64,000 bases of DNA, from the IMG/VR virus record IMGVR_UViG_3300017565_000001, positions 205,741 through 269,740 of that record; one strand, given 5' to 3'. This document shows, piece after piece, positions 1 to 7,412 of this stretch. The position numbers and the translations under genes were made by a program. Below the pieces are notes generated by a model. That model did not search any database and was not told the origin of the DNA. It was given only the letters and a program-made list of their open reading frames with translations. Numbering within the stretch: position 1 is the first letter of the stretch; each line of letters opens with the position of its first letter. The DNA comes from a virus. Taxonomy: Duplodnaviria > Heunggongvirae > Uroviricota > Caudoviricetes.

Positions 1-32
1 GAATGTGGCACCACTGTTAAGGAGAACACGTT

Positions 33-536
33 ATGTCGCAAGCACGTAATTTCAATGTTGGTGATGTTGTGATCGACTTTCAGGACATGAGTCTCTGGAA
101 CAATCCGTATCACCACAAGAAGACGTTGAATACGTTCCGCAAGTTGGTGGTAGTGGCGGCAAACGACAAATACTTCACCACTGTTCCCGGTATTGATCTG
201 GACAAGTTCAGTGGGCTTTCGGATTACCGAGAAAAGATGGTAGTGTGCGAACAGCGCAACGGTCGTGGTTTTGATGGTTCCCAGGCATTTGTGAATCTCA
301 CCACTCGCCGTCGCGATATCGAAGCGCATCTGCAAAAGTTGTTCGCTGAAGAAACTGCGCGTTTGGACAAAGAAGACGCTGCCGCGATCGCTCAGCTTGA
401 AGCTGAAATTGCTTTCAAGAAACAGCAGATCGAAATCGTCAGAGCCGGCAAGCGCAAGATTTCGTACGATACGAAGTTTGTTGCGCGTGAATTGTCGCAA
501 GAATGCATGGATGATCTCCTGAAGGTCATCCAGTAA
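33..536 (+). CDS. hypothetical phage protein
   Basis: 167-aa ORF with AAGGAG RBS. Confidence 0.8.
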   Translation: MSQARNFNVGDVVIDFQDMSLWNNPYHHKKTLNTFRKLVVVAANDKYFTTVPGIDLDKFSGLSDYREKMVVCEQRNGRGFDGSQAFVNLTTRRRDIEAHLQKLFAEETARLDKEDAAAIAQLEAEIAFKKQQIEIVRAGKRKISYDTKFVARELSQECMDDLLKVIQ

Positions 537-544
537 GAAACAAT

Positions 545-619
545 GGGCTGCTAGTGATAATGGGAGCACGGGGGCTTTGCAAGCCTTAGGTCGGAGTTCG
601 ATCCTCCGGCGGTCCACCA
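545..619 (+). tRNA. tRNA-Ala(TGC), divergent copy
   Basis: GGGCTGC/GCGGTCC acceptor with G3-U70, loop TT-TGC-AA, T-loop TTCGATC, CCA. Confidence 0.9.
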
Positions 620-625
620 AGTTTT

Positions 626-709
626 GCCTGGGTGTTGTAATGGTAGCCAAGCTGGCATGAGAGGCCAGTGCCTTCGGGCGTGAGGGTTCGAGTCCCTCTC
701 CAGGCACCA
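626..709 (+). tRNA. tRNA-Leu(GAG)
   Basis: CTGGC-ATGAGAG-GCCAG anticodon arm, long variable arm, ACCA end. Confidence 0.9.
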
Positions 710-722
710 CTTTTTATACCTT

Positions 723-798
723 GGGGGTGTAGCTCAGCTGGGAGAGCAACTGCTTTGCAAGCAGAAGGTCGTCGGTTCGATCCCGTCCACCTCCACCA
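723..798 (+). tRNA. tRNA-Ala(TGC)
   Basis: canonical cloverleaf, G3-U70, CCA. Confidence 0.95.
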
Positions 799-805
799 AG
801 TTTAT

Positions 806-921
806 GCGTCCACATCCTAGGCTCGTCCGGCGACGACAACATCGAAAGCGAGCCAATTCATGACTGGCCTTAGCTGGAAGACATGATGTTGAGAAGGGTT
901 CAACTCCCCGTGGACGCACCA
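806..921 (+). ncRNA. 116-nt tRNA-like RNA with non-canonical interior
   Basis: 8-bp GCGTCCAC/GTGGACGC stem + ACCA, GGTTCAACTCC T-loop, internal stems GGCTCG/CGAGCC and TCATG/CATGA. Confidence 0.65.
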
Positions 922-1004
922 TATAGGAACGACAAAGGTCTGTTGTTCCGCAGTTGGAGTCGAGAGAACAACCGGCGGACTGGCCGTTCCAACAAGTCAA
1001 CAAT

Positions 1005-1079
1005 GCCTGGGTAACTCAGTGGTAGAGTAGCGGCCCGATAAGCCGTTAGTCGTTGGTTCGATCCCAACTCCAGGTACCA
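1005..1079 (+). tRNA. tRNA-Ile(GAT), C33 variant
   Basis: GCGGC-CCGATAA-GCCGT arm, CCA. Confidence 0.9.
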
Positions 1080-1085
1080 AATATC

Positions 1086-1160
1086 GCTCTTGTGGTCCAA
1101 TGGCTACGACGCATCCCTGGTATGGATGAAATTAGAGTTCGATTCTCTACTTGAGCACCA
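1086..1160 (+). tRNA. tRNA-Thr(GGT)
   Basis: CATCC-CTGGTAT-GGATG arm, CCA; two U-U mismatches in acceptor stem. Confidence 0.85.
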
Positions 1161-1165
1161 GCTTT

Positions 1166-1240
1166 GCCCTATTAGTTCAATGGCCAGAATACCTGTTTCG
1201 TAATCAGGGGATAACAGTTCGATTCCGTTATAGGGCACCA
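1166..1240 (+). tRNA. tRNA-Thr(CGT)
   Basis: loop TT-CGT-AA, GCCCTAT/ATAGGGC acceptor, CCA. Confidence 0.85.
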
Positions 1241-1247
1241 TGTTTGC

Positions 1248-1276
1248 TTGACGTCATGTAGAAATGGCGTTAACAT
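1248..1276 (+). promoter_or_regulatory. sigma70-type promoter of minimal CAGCAA RNA
   Basis: TTGACG-17nt-TAACAT; predicted start near 1284. Confidence 0.6.
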
Positions 1277-1283
1277 TGGTTTT

Positions 1284-1344
1284 GGGATACCTGCAGCAAA
1301 CTCACTTACTTTTTCTTCATGCGAAAAACCCAAGTGTGTATCCC
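1284..1344 (+). ncRNA. minimal CAGCAA-stem RNA (Y-RNA-like)
   Basis: GGGATAC/GTATCCC closing stem, CTGCAGCAA, hairpin TTTTC-TTCATGC-GAAAA. Confidence 0.65.
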
Positions 1345-1464
1345 GTTATTTTCAATTTAACTTTCAGGAGAGCCTGTCATGGCAAGTGACAAATCTGGCA
1401 AACGCCTGGGAGTCATCACCTAATACCCTACTGGGGATTGTGTGGTAGACTCCCGAAACATAAT

Positions 1465-1541
1465 GGGAGTATGGCGCAATTGGTTAGCGCAAGGGACTTT
1501 TAATCCCGAGGTTCTGGGTTCGAATCCCAGTACTCCTACCA
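1465..1541 (+). tRNA. tRNA-Lys(TTT)
   Basis: loop CT-TTT-AA, CCA. Confidence 0.92.
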
Positions 1542-1547
1542 CACATC

Positions 1548-1624
1548 CCCTGTATAGCTCAATGGTTCAGAGCAACCGGCTTTTACCCGGTAGGTTGTCA
1601 GTTCGAGTCTGACTGCAGGGACCA
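1548..1624 (+). tRNA. tRNA-Lys(TTT), second copy
   Basis: ACCGG-CTTTTAC-CCGGT arm, CCA. Confidence 0.9.
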
Positions 1625-1633
1625 ATTTTTCAA

Positions 1634-1707
1634 TGCACGAAATGTCGTCTAGCGGTAAAGACACCGGGAAACCGGAGACGTGGGGTCGGCACCCACCACG
1701 TGCATCA
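1634..1707 (+). ncRNA. anticodon-less tRNA-like element
   Basis: D-arm GTCT/AGAC, CCGG-GAAA-CCGG in place of anticodon arm, GTGGG/CCCAC T-stem, TGCACG/CGTGCA ends. Confidence 0.55.
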
Positions 1708-1709
1708 AG

Positions 1710-1768
1710 TTGTATTTGCTGTACTGACTCTAACCAACGTACCGATTGAGTCAGTACAGCAAATACAA
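1710..1768. repeat. perfect 21-bp inverted repeat containing TACAGCAA
   Basis: TTGTATTTGCTGTACTGACTC ... GAGTCAGTACAGCAAATACAA. Confidence 0.85.
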
Positions 1769-1841
1769 TGAATAAACCGACCATGAACGATAGACATGGT
1801 GAGGGAACTCGTAACCCTCTAGGGCGTCAAACCCCTACTTT

Positions 1842-1916
1842 GGCCCGCTGATCTAATGGCTATGATGCCTCCCTGTCTAGGAGGTCGTCGGAGTTCGATT
1901 CTCCGGCGGGTCGCCA
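1842..1916 (+). tRNA. tRNA-Asp(GTC)
   Basis: CCTCC-CTGTCTA-GGAGG arm, GCCA end. Confidence 0.92.
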
Positions 1917-1947
1917 AAGAATTAACCAGCTAGTACCAGGAGGTATT

Positions 1948-2286
1948 ATGTCGTATAGAAAGATCACTGTTAACGACAAACAGTACGAGTACGTGATTGG
2001 GAAAACCCACACGAAGATCAAAGGCAAGGGCCTGTTCAAGAATTCCGAAGTTGGGGTTCCGCTAAAGCGCAGGGTTGGTGACGAGGTGAAAGAATCCTTC
2101 GTCGTCACCCCAGCGATTGTTGCTGACCTCATTGCCGGAAAGCCAATCAGACCCATGCACAAGTGCTATCATGGCACGGTGACTAGCAAAACGATGATCA
2201 ATCCGTATGATCATGAAGTATATGGTGAACGGAATACAATCGGCAAGTGTCATCTATGTCATGAAGCATTATCTGATGACATTTAA
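1948..2286 (+). CDS. hypothetical protein, C-terminal CxH..CxxC metal-binding motif
   Basis: AGGAGG RBS, 112 aa. Confidence 0.8.
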   Translation: MSYRKITVNDKQYEYVIGKTHTKIKGKGLFKNSEVGVPLKRRVGDEVKESFVVTPAIVADLIAGKPIRPMHKCYHGTVTSKTMINPYDHEVYGERNTIGKCHLCHEALSDDI

Positions 2287-2287
2287 T

Positions 2288-2366
2288 GGACGAGTGAAGG
2301 GAATCTGGTATACCTAGTTAGCTCAAACCTAACTGCTTGTCGGTTCGAATCCGACCTCGTCTACCA
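2288..2366 (+). tRNA. tRNA-Leu(CAA), short variable arm
   Basis: GTTAG-CTCAAAC-CTAAC arm, ACCA. Confidence 0.85.
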
Positions 2367-2374
2367 CAGCTTAT

Positions 2375-2660
2375 GGGCCCTCCCGTCTAGTGGCGCAGAC
2401 ACACCGAAAATCAATGGAGGGTGTGGCGTAATAGCCGAAGTGAAATAAAACTTGTGATAACTGGTTTGTTTCTGCATTGTGGATGATAACCTGGGAAGCA
2501 AGGATAAAATGACGTTCCACAAGGTTCTCAGAAGCACCTATAGCGGCCTCGAAAGGGGTGAGCCTCTAGCAAACAGCAAGGGAAGCGTGGTTTCCAAGGA
2601 ACGCACAGCCGAGTTTGTCGGTATCACTTTTTAGGGGTTCGATTCCCCTAGGGTCCACCA
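2375..2660 (+). ncRNA. 286-nt Ala-acceptor tmRNA-like RNA
   Basis: GGGCCCT/AGGGTCC-ACCA with G3-U70, T-arm AGGGG-TTCGATT-CCCCT, ~200-nt interior with ATAACTG resume-like motif. Confidence 0.6.
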
Positions 2661-2694
2661 ATAAATATAGCATATGACATATCTTGGAGTGTAT

Positions 2695-3057
2695 ATGCGA
2701 TATCAAGAAATTATGGAAGCACCAGCTAATCCGTTGGTGGCTATGTTCAAACCCTACAAAGCTATTCTCGCTGGTGGAAAACCTGTATTTGCAGACCAGG
2801 GTAATGGCGTAACGGCTACCCTATCCAGCAGTGGTGGTGAACCAAAGAAATGGTTCACCAATGCAAAAGCAAATGCCCAAGCTTTGGGGTTCGTTTACAA
2901 TCCAGAGAAGAGCAAAGAATTAAGTCGCGGCAGCAACCTGGGGTATTATTTTGAACACCCCAACGGTGCAGTCCTGATTACGAATGAAAATGATGGTATG
3001 GGTTACAAATATGTAGGCCGTTCTATCAAGTTGTTTGTTCCTCAAACAACTGAATAA
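2695..3057 (+). CDS. hypothetical late protein, possibly virion (MRYQEIME start)
   Basis: TAAATA upstream, GGAG RBS. Confidence 0.7.
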   Translation: MRYQEIMEAPANPLVAMFKPYKAILAGGKPVFADQGNGVTATLSSSGGEPKKWFTNAKANAQALGFVYNPEKSKELSRGSNLGYYFEHPNGAVLITNENDGMGYKYVGRSIKLFVPQTTE

Positions 3058-3067
3058 CCCTTTCAAT

Positions 3068-3146
3068 CTCTGCGTCGCCTAGTCTGGTGATGGCACTTGG
3101 CTGGGGGCCAAGAATAACGTAGGTTCGAATCCTACCGCAGAGACCA
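3068..3146 (+). tRNA. tRNA-Pro(GGG)
   Basis: CTTGG-CTGGGGG-CCAAG arm, C1-G72, CCA. Confidence 0.9.
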
Positions 3147-3155
3147 CCGTTTTAC

Positions 3156-3232
3156 GTATCTCTCAGACTAACTGGCAAGCTACTAGGCTCCAAACCTGGG
3201 TAATGTGGGTTCGAATCCTACGGGGTACGCCA
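3156..3232 (+). tRNA. tRNA-Trp(CCA), divergent copy
   Basis: CTAGG-CTCCAAA-CCTGG arm, GCCA end. Confidence 0.8.
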
Positions 3233-3300
3233 AATAACAGTTGATTCATTTGATTCATCCATGTATCATTTGGTTATACATAAAGAACATGGAGAGAAAG

Positions 3301-3621
3301 ATGGATCACAAAATATTCCATTTTCACGAAACGGTTGTGATGTCAGCTGACGAGAGTGATCCACAGGATTACGATCGTGTTATCAGCACTCACGAACTTC
3401 AAGTCAGTACCCGCAAGCTGGAGGCTTGGATCGCGGAGAACGAAGGCGAGTATCGCTATGTTCAACGCCTGATCGAAGAAGCTCTGGCTGGCAAAACTGA
3501 CCTGACAGCTTCACGGAAATATAGCTTCGGTGACACGCCGGATTGGTTCACTGGTCTGGCTCCCGATGTGGACTGCAAGGATCCCGTGGTTCAGGTTGAT
3601 ATCGAAATACGGGTGTGTTGA
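3301..3621 (+). CDS. hypothetical protein
   Basis: GGAG RBS, 106 aa. Confidence 0.75.
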   Translation: MDHKIFHFHETVVMSADESDPQDYDRVISTHELQVSTRKLEAWIAENEGEYRYVQRLIEEALAGKTDLTASRKYSFGDTPDWFTGLAPDVDCKDPVVQVDIEIRVC

Positions 3622-3625
3622 CATC

Positions 3626-3712
3626 ATGGATCTCCATAGTGCCATCATGCTCGGTGTCCTCGCCTTTGTGATCATTGGTGGGTTGATCATCGCATACCGA
3701 AGTAACAAGTAA
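3626..3712 (+). CDS. small single-pass membrane protein (28 aa)
   Basis: MDLHSAIMLGVLAFVIIGGLIIAYRSNK. Confidence 0.5.
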   Translation: MDLHSAIMLGVLAFVIIGGLIIAYRSNK

Positions 3713-3717
3713 GTTTA

Positions 3718-3796
3718 GGGCGAATGACGGGAATTTGGTATACCTCGTTGGTTTAGATTCAATGGTTTGTCGGTTCGAGTCCGACTTTGCCCACCA
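3718..3796 (+). tRNA. tRNA-Leu(TAG), short variable arm
   Basis: loop TT-TAG-AT, ACCA. Confidence 0.85.
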
Positions 3797-3804
3797 GTTT
3801 TAAT

Positions 3805-3935
3805 GCCCGGTTAGCTCAATTGGTTAGAGCGCGTAGAAGCCGAAAGGCACTATCCTGACAAGGATAGTTACAGCAATCAAACTCACATCCATGCTAAGGA
3901 CGAGGTTGGTGGTTCGAATCCATCACTGGGCACCA
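3805..3935 (+). ncRNA. tRNA body carrying an inserted CAGCAA-stem module
   Basis: normal acceptor, D-arm, T-arm and CCA; interior has ACTATCCT-GACA-AGGATAGT-TACAGCAA then TCC-ATGCTAA-GGA. Confidence 0.75.
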
Positions 3936-3948
3936 TTTTGCAAGACAA

Positions 3949-4086
3949 GTGTTATTTGATGTGGTACCTGGTGTTGGCCCAGTATGAAAGAACGTGGTCG
4001 GAGTCTACTCAACTCTAAGGCTGCCAGTATTTCGGAGCATTCGCAAAGAAGCCAGGATGTGGTAGGAGTATCACATCAAATAGCAT
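3949..4086 (+). ncRNA. structured ncRNA enclosed by long terminal stem
   Basis: GTGTTATTTGATGTGGTAC pairs with GTATCACATCAAATAGCAT; no ORF. Confidence 0.55.
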
Positions 4087-4139
4087 TTAGAATTTGACGC
4101 CATGAATGGCGATTAGTATAGTAGTGGTTCACCGGCAAT

Positions 4140-4226
4140 GCAGGGGTGAACGACGGTGCGTGTGAACAAGTTCCCGAAACGTAGGGAATGAGTTATTCGG
4201 GGTTCGACTCCCACGCCCTTGCACCA
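4140..4226 (+). ncRNA. degenerate tRNA-like RNA with CCA end
   Basis: GCAGGGG/CCCTTGC-ACCA, GGTTCGACTCC T-loop, no canonical D-arm or anticodon; own TTGACG-17-TATAGT promoter. Confidence 0.55.
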
Positions 4227-4239
4227 AAATATTAAGATC

Positions 4240-4362
4240 ATGAAACTGACACCACTAAAGCACAACAAAGACAATCGCATGTTACGAATTGGCTTTGGCA
4301 AAAACGTAGGACGATGGTTTTTCCGCATTGACCTATGGTGGTTTGGTCTCAGGATCACGTAA
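4240..4362 (+). CDS. 40-aa hypothetical protein
   Basis: MKLTPLKHNKDNRMLRIGFGK... fills the gap between RNA genes. Confidence 0.5.
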   Translation: MKLTPLKHNKDNRMLRIGFGKNVGRWFFRIDLWWFGLRIT

Positions 4363-4370
4363 GAACCAAT

Positions 4371-4447
4371 AGCTGGTTAGCTCAGTTGGTCAGAGCAGCT
4401 CTTTCATACGGAGAAGGTCACCAGTTCGAATCTGGTACCAGCTACCA
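4371..4447 (+). tRNA. tRNA-Met/Ile2(CAT)
   Basis: loop TT-CAT-AC, CCA. Confidence 0.88.
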
Positions 4448-4454
4448 TTTTATT

Positions 4455-4530
4455 GCACCCGTAGCTCAGTTGGTAGAGCGCCGCGTTGACATCGCGTAGG
4501 TCAGAGGTTCGAACCCTCTCGGATGCACCA
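4455..4530 (+). tRNA. tRNA-Val(GAC)
   Basis: CGCG-TTGACAT-CGCG, CCA. Confidence 0.93.
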
Positions 4531-4534
4531 TGTC

Positions 4535-4575
4535 TTGACCCCAGTACCAAATGAATGTAGAATGTTCTACATGGT
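4535..4575 (+). promoter_or_regulatory. promoter with CCAAATGAA and ACATGGT boxes
   Basis: TTGACC-17-TAGAAT, motif in spacer. Confidence 0.7.
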
Positions 4576-4591
4576 AACTAGGGAGAACGAT

Positions 4592-4846
4592 ATGAATCTT
4601 TTGAAGCTGAACACGGTTGATTGTGATTTTGACGCTTCAAAGGGCATTCTGAAATGTCGTTCGGGGGTGGGTAACTATCCCCAAGTTGTTGAAGTTACGT
4701 CTCATCATACAGGTAAGGTTGTTCGTTTCGTTCGTGACGAAGAGCTTGCCATTGCTAATGAAGGATGGGATGGTGAAGAGTGCTGGTACAAGCCGCAGGA
4801 GATTCTTCCGCGTGTTGATTACCTGGTTCTCTTTGCGCATTTGTGA
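4592..4846 (+). CDS. hypothetical protein
   Basis: GGAG RBS, MNLLKLNTV start. Confidence 0.75.
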   Translation: MNLLKLNTVDCDFDASKGILKCRSGVGNYPQVVEVTSHHTGKVVRFVRDEELAIANEGWDGEECWYKPQEILPRVDYLVLFAHL

Positions 4847-5037
4847 GTTTTGGTCGTTGAGTGGATGTCACGTCGGAAATATCCCCCATAGGGAGTGAGC
4901 ACTCTGATTTGATGCAGCAACGACATTTTCACCGGGATGATGTACGAGGCGCTGGTTCATGGGCGAATTCGAACAAACATGAACGTGGGGGTAAGTGGTA
5001 GAAACTGCCACAACCCTTCATGACATCATCCACCTAC

Positions 5038-5114
5038 AGGGGTGTAGTTCCAATTGGTAGAACGGCGGTCTCCAAAACCGTATGTTGGGAGTTCGAATCT
5101 CTCCACCCCTGCCA
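5038..5114 (+). tRNA. tRNA-Trp(CCA), host-like copy
   Basis: AGGGGTG acceptor, loop CT-CCA-AA, GCCA. Confidence 0.95.
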
Positions 5115-5203
5115 GAATTTATTGAATGCTTAAACATTCACTTGAGCATGTTGCCACCTTGTTGTAGACTTGGCTTTCCAAGTTTATGATAAATGGAGGC
5201 AAC

Positions 5204-5404
5204 ATGCTCTTTCTCGTTGAAGGCGAAATCTCGATCACCCAATATATGGGCGACACCAAGAAAGAAAAGGTACTCCGTATTGTTCGCGCCGACAATGCCG
5301 ACCAAGCGGAAGAAAAGTTCCGTAAACACTTTGAAGACATGACTGATGAATATTCGGTTTATTACTCCGTGGGTAACATGGAGGTAAACGAAGAAATATC
5401 CTGA
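5204..5404 (+). CDS. hypothetical protein
   Basis: GGAGG RBS. Confidence 0.75.
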   Translation: MLFLVEGEISITQYMGDTKKEKVLRIVRADNADQAEEKFRKHFEDMTDEYSVYYSVGNMEVNEEIS

Positions 5405-5445
5405 CGTAAAGTCAGTGATCCACCTATAACAAGCTGGAGGGCGAT

Positions 5446-5790
5446 ATGGTGAACTGGATCAAGAAATACATCGCATTGTGGAAAGAATCACGCTCAAGTA
5501 ATAATAGACGTGATAAGATGATAGCAATAGCACAAGCCCTCCCGACCCTTCCTACCCTATCAGCAACGCGAGCAGGGAAACGGGTGAACCGCGTATATGT
5601 GAATGACGGAACCTTCTTGGTTCGCACCTCAACCTACCCCAACTACCGTCAATGTTTGTTCATCGTTGACGACATGTTGGTGTGTTCGGTATCCAAATCA
5701 TTCACTGCTGATCTATATGTGGTTCGTATTCATGATGAAGAACGAACTACCGCATTTATCGCGTTCATGGAAACGCATTTGAAGCTCTGA
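5446..5790 (+). CDS. hypothetical protein
   Basis: GGAGG RBS. Confidence 0.7.
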   Translation: MVNWIKKYIALWKESRSSNNRRDKMIAIAQALPTLPTLSATRAGKRVNRVYVNDGTFLVRTSTYPNYRQCLFIVDDMLVCSVSKSFTADLYVVRIHDEERTTAFIAFMETHLKL

Positions 5791-5791
5791 C

Positions 5792-6031
5792 ATGGATACT
5801 TTCGTACTGATTGAAATGGGTGATTGGAATAGGGTGCAATACGTCTATGCTGCAAGAACTGCACATACTTGGTGCATCAGCAACCTAGCCAACGAAGTAA
5901 AGTTGTTGAATCGTGCCAGGACCCGCACAGATTCTGGTCCCTACTATCTGGTCTTCAAAACACCAGAAGAAGCCGTTCAGTTCAAACTGTCAGTTGATAG
6001 AACTATGATGCTGGAAGGCTACTACGACTAA
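5792..6031 (+). CDS. FxxxxxAxxFKL-motif family protein
   Basis: FKTPEEAVQFKLS. Confidence 0.7.
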   Translation: MDTFVLIEMGDWNRVQYVYAARTAHTWCISNLANEVKLLNRARTRTDSGPYYLVFKTPEEAVQFKLSVDRTMMLEGYYD

Positions 6032-6092
6032 GCCATATTCGCTTGATGCAAACCCCTTGATGTCATACAATTTGGCATCAAGGGGTTTCTTC

Positions 6093-6509
6093 ATGTTTAA
6101 TTTTATTCGTAGATGGCTTGACAAATTAGCGGAAGCTAAAGAAACCTATCGCAAATACAAGGCCGCAGAAACTCTAGTTGCCCATTATCGCAAGTTCTGT
6201 GAGGACAACCAGACAACATGCACCATGACGAGTCGATCAGGAGATGTTGGCTATTTTTCATGGATTACGGGTCCGTTTAGAATTGAACAACGAGTGTTTG
6301 AGGGTGCGGGTTTTACCGTTATCGAGGTTTTCCACCAGAACCTCGGGAACAAAATTCTTGATTACACGTACTATGATCGTAAATCACCTTTAACGGATAA
6401 ATGGTGTGTGAACGGTGGTTTTGATCAAAATAGCATAACTATGATGATTTTATCTGGTGAAGAATACGAAATGGGAGGTTACGAGAAATGGCTTTATTCC
6501 ATCGATTGA
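6093..6509 (+). CDS. hypothetical protein (tandem family)
   Basis: ORF in tightly packed run. Confidence 0.7.
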   Translation: MFNFIRRWLDKLAEAKETYRKYKAAETLVAHYRKFCEDNQTTCTMTSRSGDVGYFSWITGPFRIEQRVFEGAGFTVIEVFHQNLGNKILDYTYYDRKSPLTDKWCVNGGFDQNSITMMILSGEEYEMGGYEKWLYSID

Positions 6510-6802
6510 CTGAATGGTTGGATTTTTATCGGACCATCAAAGTCTTAAAGCAGATGACCCTAGAACAGAAGTCTTCTGCTGGCATCCTGAACCTCAAAGA
6601 ATACACGGAATATCAGTGGCTTAAAGGTAGTATCCGGTTCGTCGTCAAAGAATATAAAGATGGTACTACCTACTACCACGTCGCCACCAGCAAGAAGTCG
6701 CTACTGTTTGAGGCCACCGATCGTGGATGGTTGCGCGGCACTTCGGGCCGAATGGAAGCTGGAATGTGCCCCGATGTTCTCATCATGAAGATGTTGAGCT
6801 AA
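6488..6802 (+). CDS. hypothetical protein (tandem family)
   Basis: GGAGG RBS. Confidence 0.7.
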   Translation: MALFHRLTEWLDFYRTIKVLKQMTLEQKSSAGILNLKEYTEYQWLKGSIRFVVKEYKDGTTYYHVATSKKSLLFEATDRGWLRGTSGRMEAGMCPDVLIMKMLS

Positions 6803-7158
6803 TGAAATTCTGGCATCGTATTCATATCTGGTTTAAACATGGTTCCGTGCAGAACTACGAGCGGTGGCGAATAGCCAACTATCTGCATAAGTTTTGTCAA
6901 GAACGTAGACGAAATCCTGAACAATACGATGGCGGGTACCATACTCGAGCGTACTCTGATACTACCATTCGTAGGTGGCGCAAAGGCTATTACGAGATCG
7001 TTGATTATGATTTTGATTCATTTGACAGTTACGAACTGCATTTGCATGGTGACAAGATTTTCGATGTGATTCGTGGAGCTCATGGGTTCCACCATTTCGA
7101 AGGTGACCCCACCATGACCCTTGAAGACATTCTCATGGGTATGCTGTCAAGTGACTGA
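6802..7158 (+). CDS. hypothetical protein (tandem family)
   Basis: TAATG coupling. Confidence 0.7.
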   Translation: MKFWHRIHIWFKHGSVQNYERWRIANYLHKFCQERRRNPEQYDGGYHTRAYSDTTIRRWRKGYYEIVDYDFDSFDSYELHLHGDKIFDVIRGAHGFHHFEGDPTMTLEDILMGMLSSD

Positions 7159-7360
7159 CCCCAACTCCTATTATGTGAAAATAGATGGGCAGTGGCGCCA
7201 TCGTTCACCGCTAAAGCTCATCGTAAATCCCGTGTTGCGCGCGATTCAGTTCTGGCATCTGAAGCCATATGTGATCGCCACAGTCACTGACTTCGTGGAT
7301 GGCAAGCCTCACTTCAGAAAATATCAGTTTACCCGCATAAGATACTTGAAACGAACTTGA
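7151..7360 (+). CDS. hypothetical protein
   Basis: GTG start overlapping previous stop. Confidence 0.55.
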   Translation: MTDPNSYYVKIDGQWRHRSPLKLIVNPVLRAIQFWHLKPYVIATVTDFVDGKPHFRKYQFTRIRYLKRT

Positions 7361-7412
7361 CTCATTGTTTGCCACAATACAGAATGGCACTTTTGAACTT
7401 TTGGGAAATATA

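Noticed and set aside
734-1784. ORFs overlapping the tRNA cluster (e.g. 734-1003, 900-1100, 1536-1784)
   Set aside because: They are antisense or shadow translations of tRNA genes, without RBS.
2570-2582. AAACAGCAAG inside the tmRNA-like RNA, and GCAGCAA at 4914, as CAGCAA-family members
   Set aside because: Neither follows the 5' strand of a closing stem in the family arrangement.
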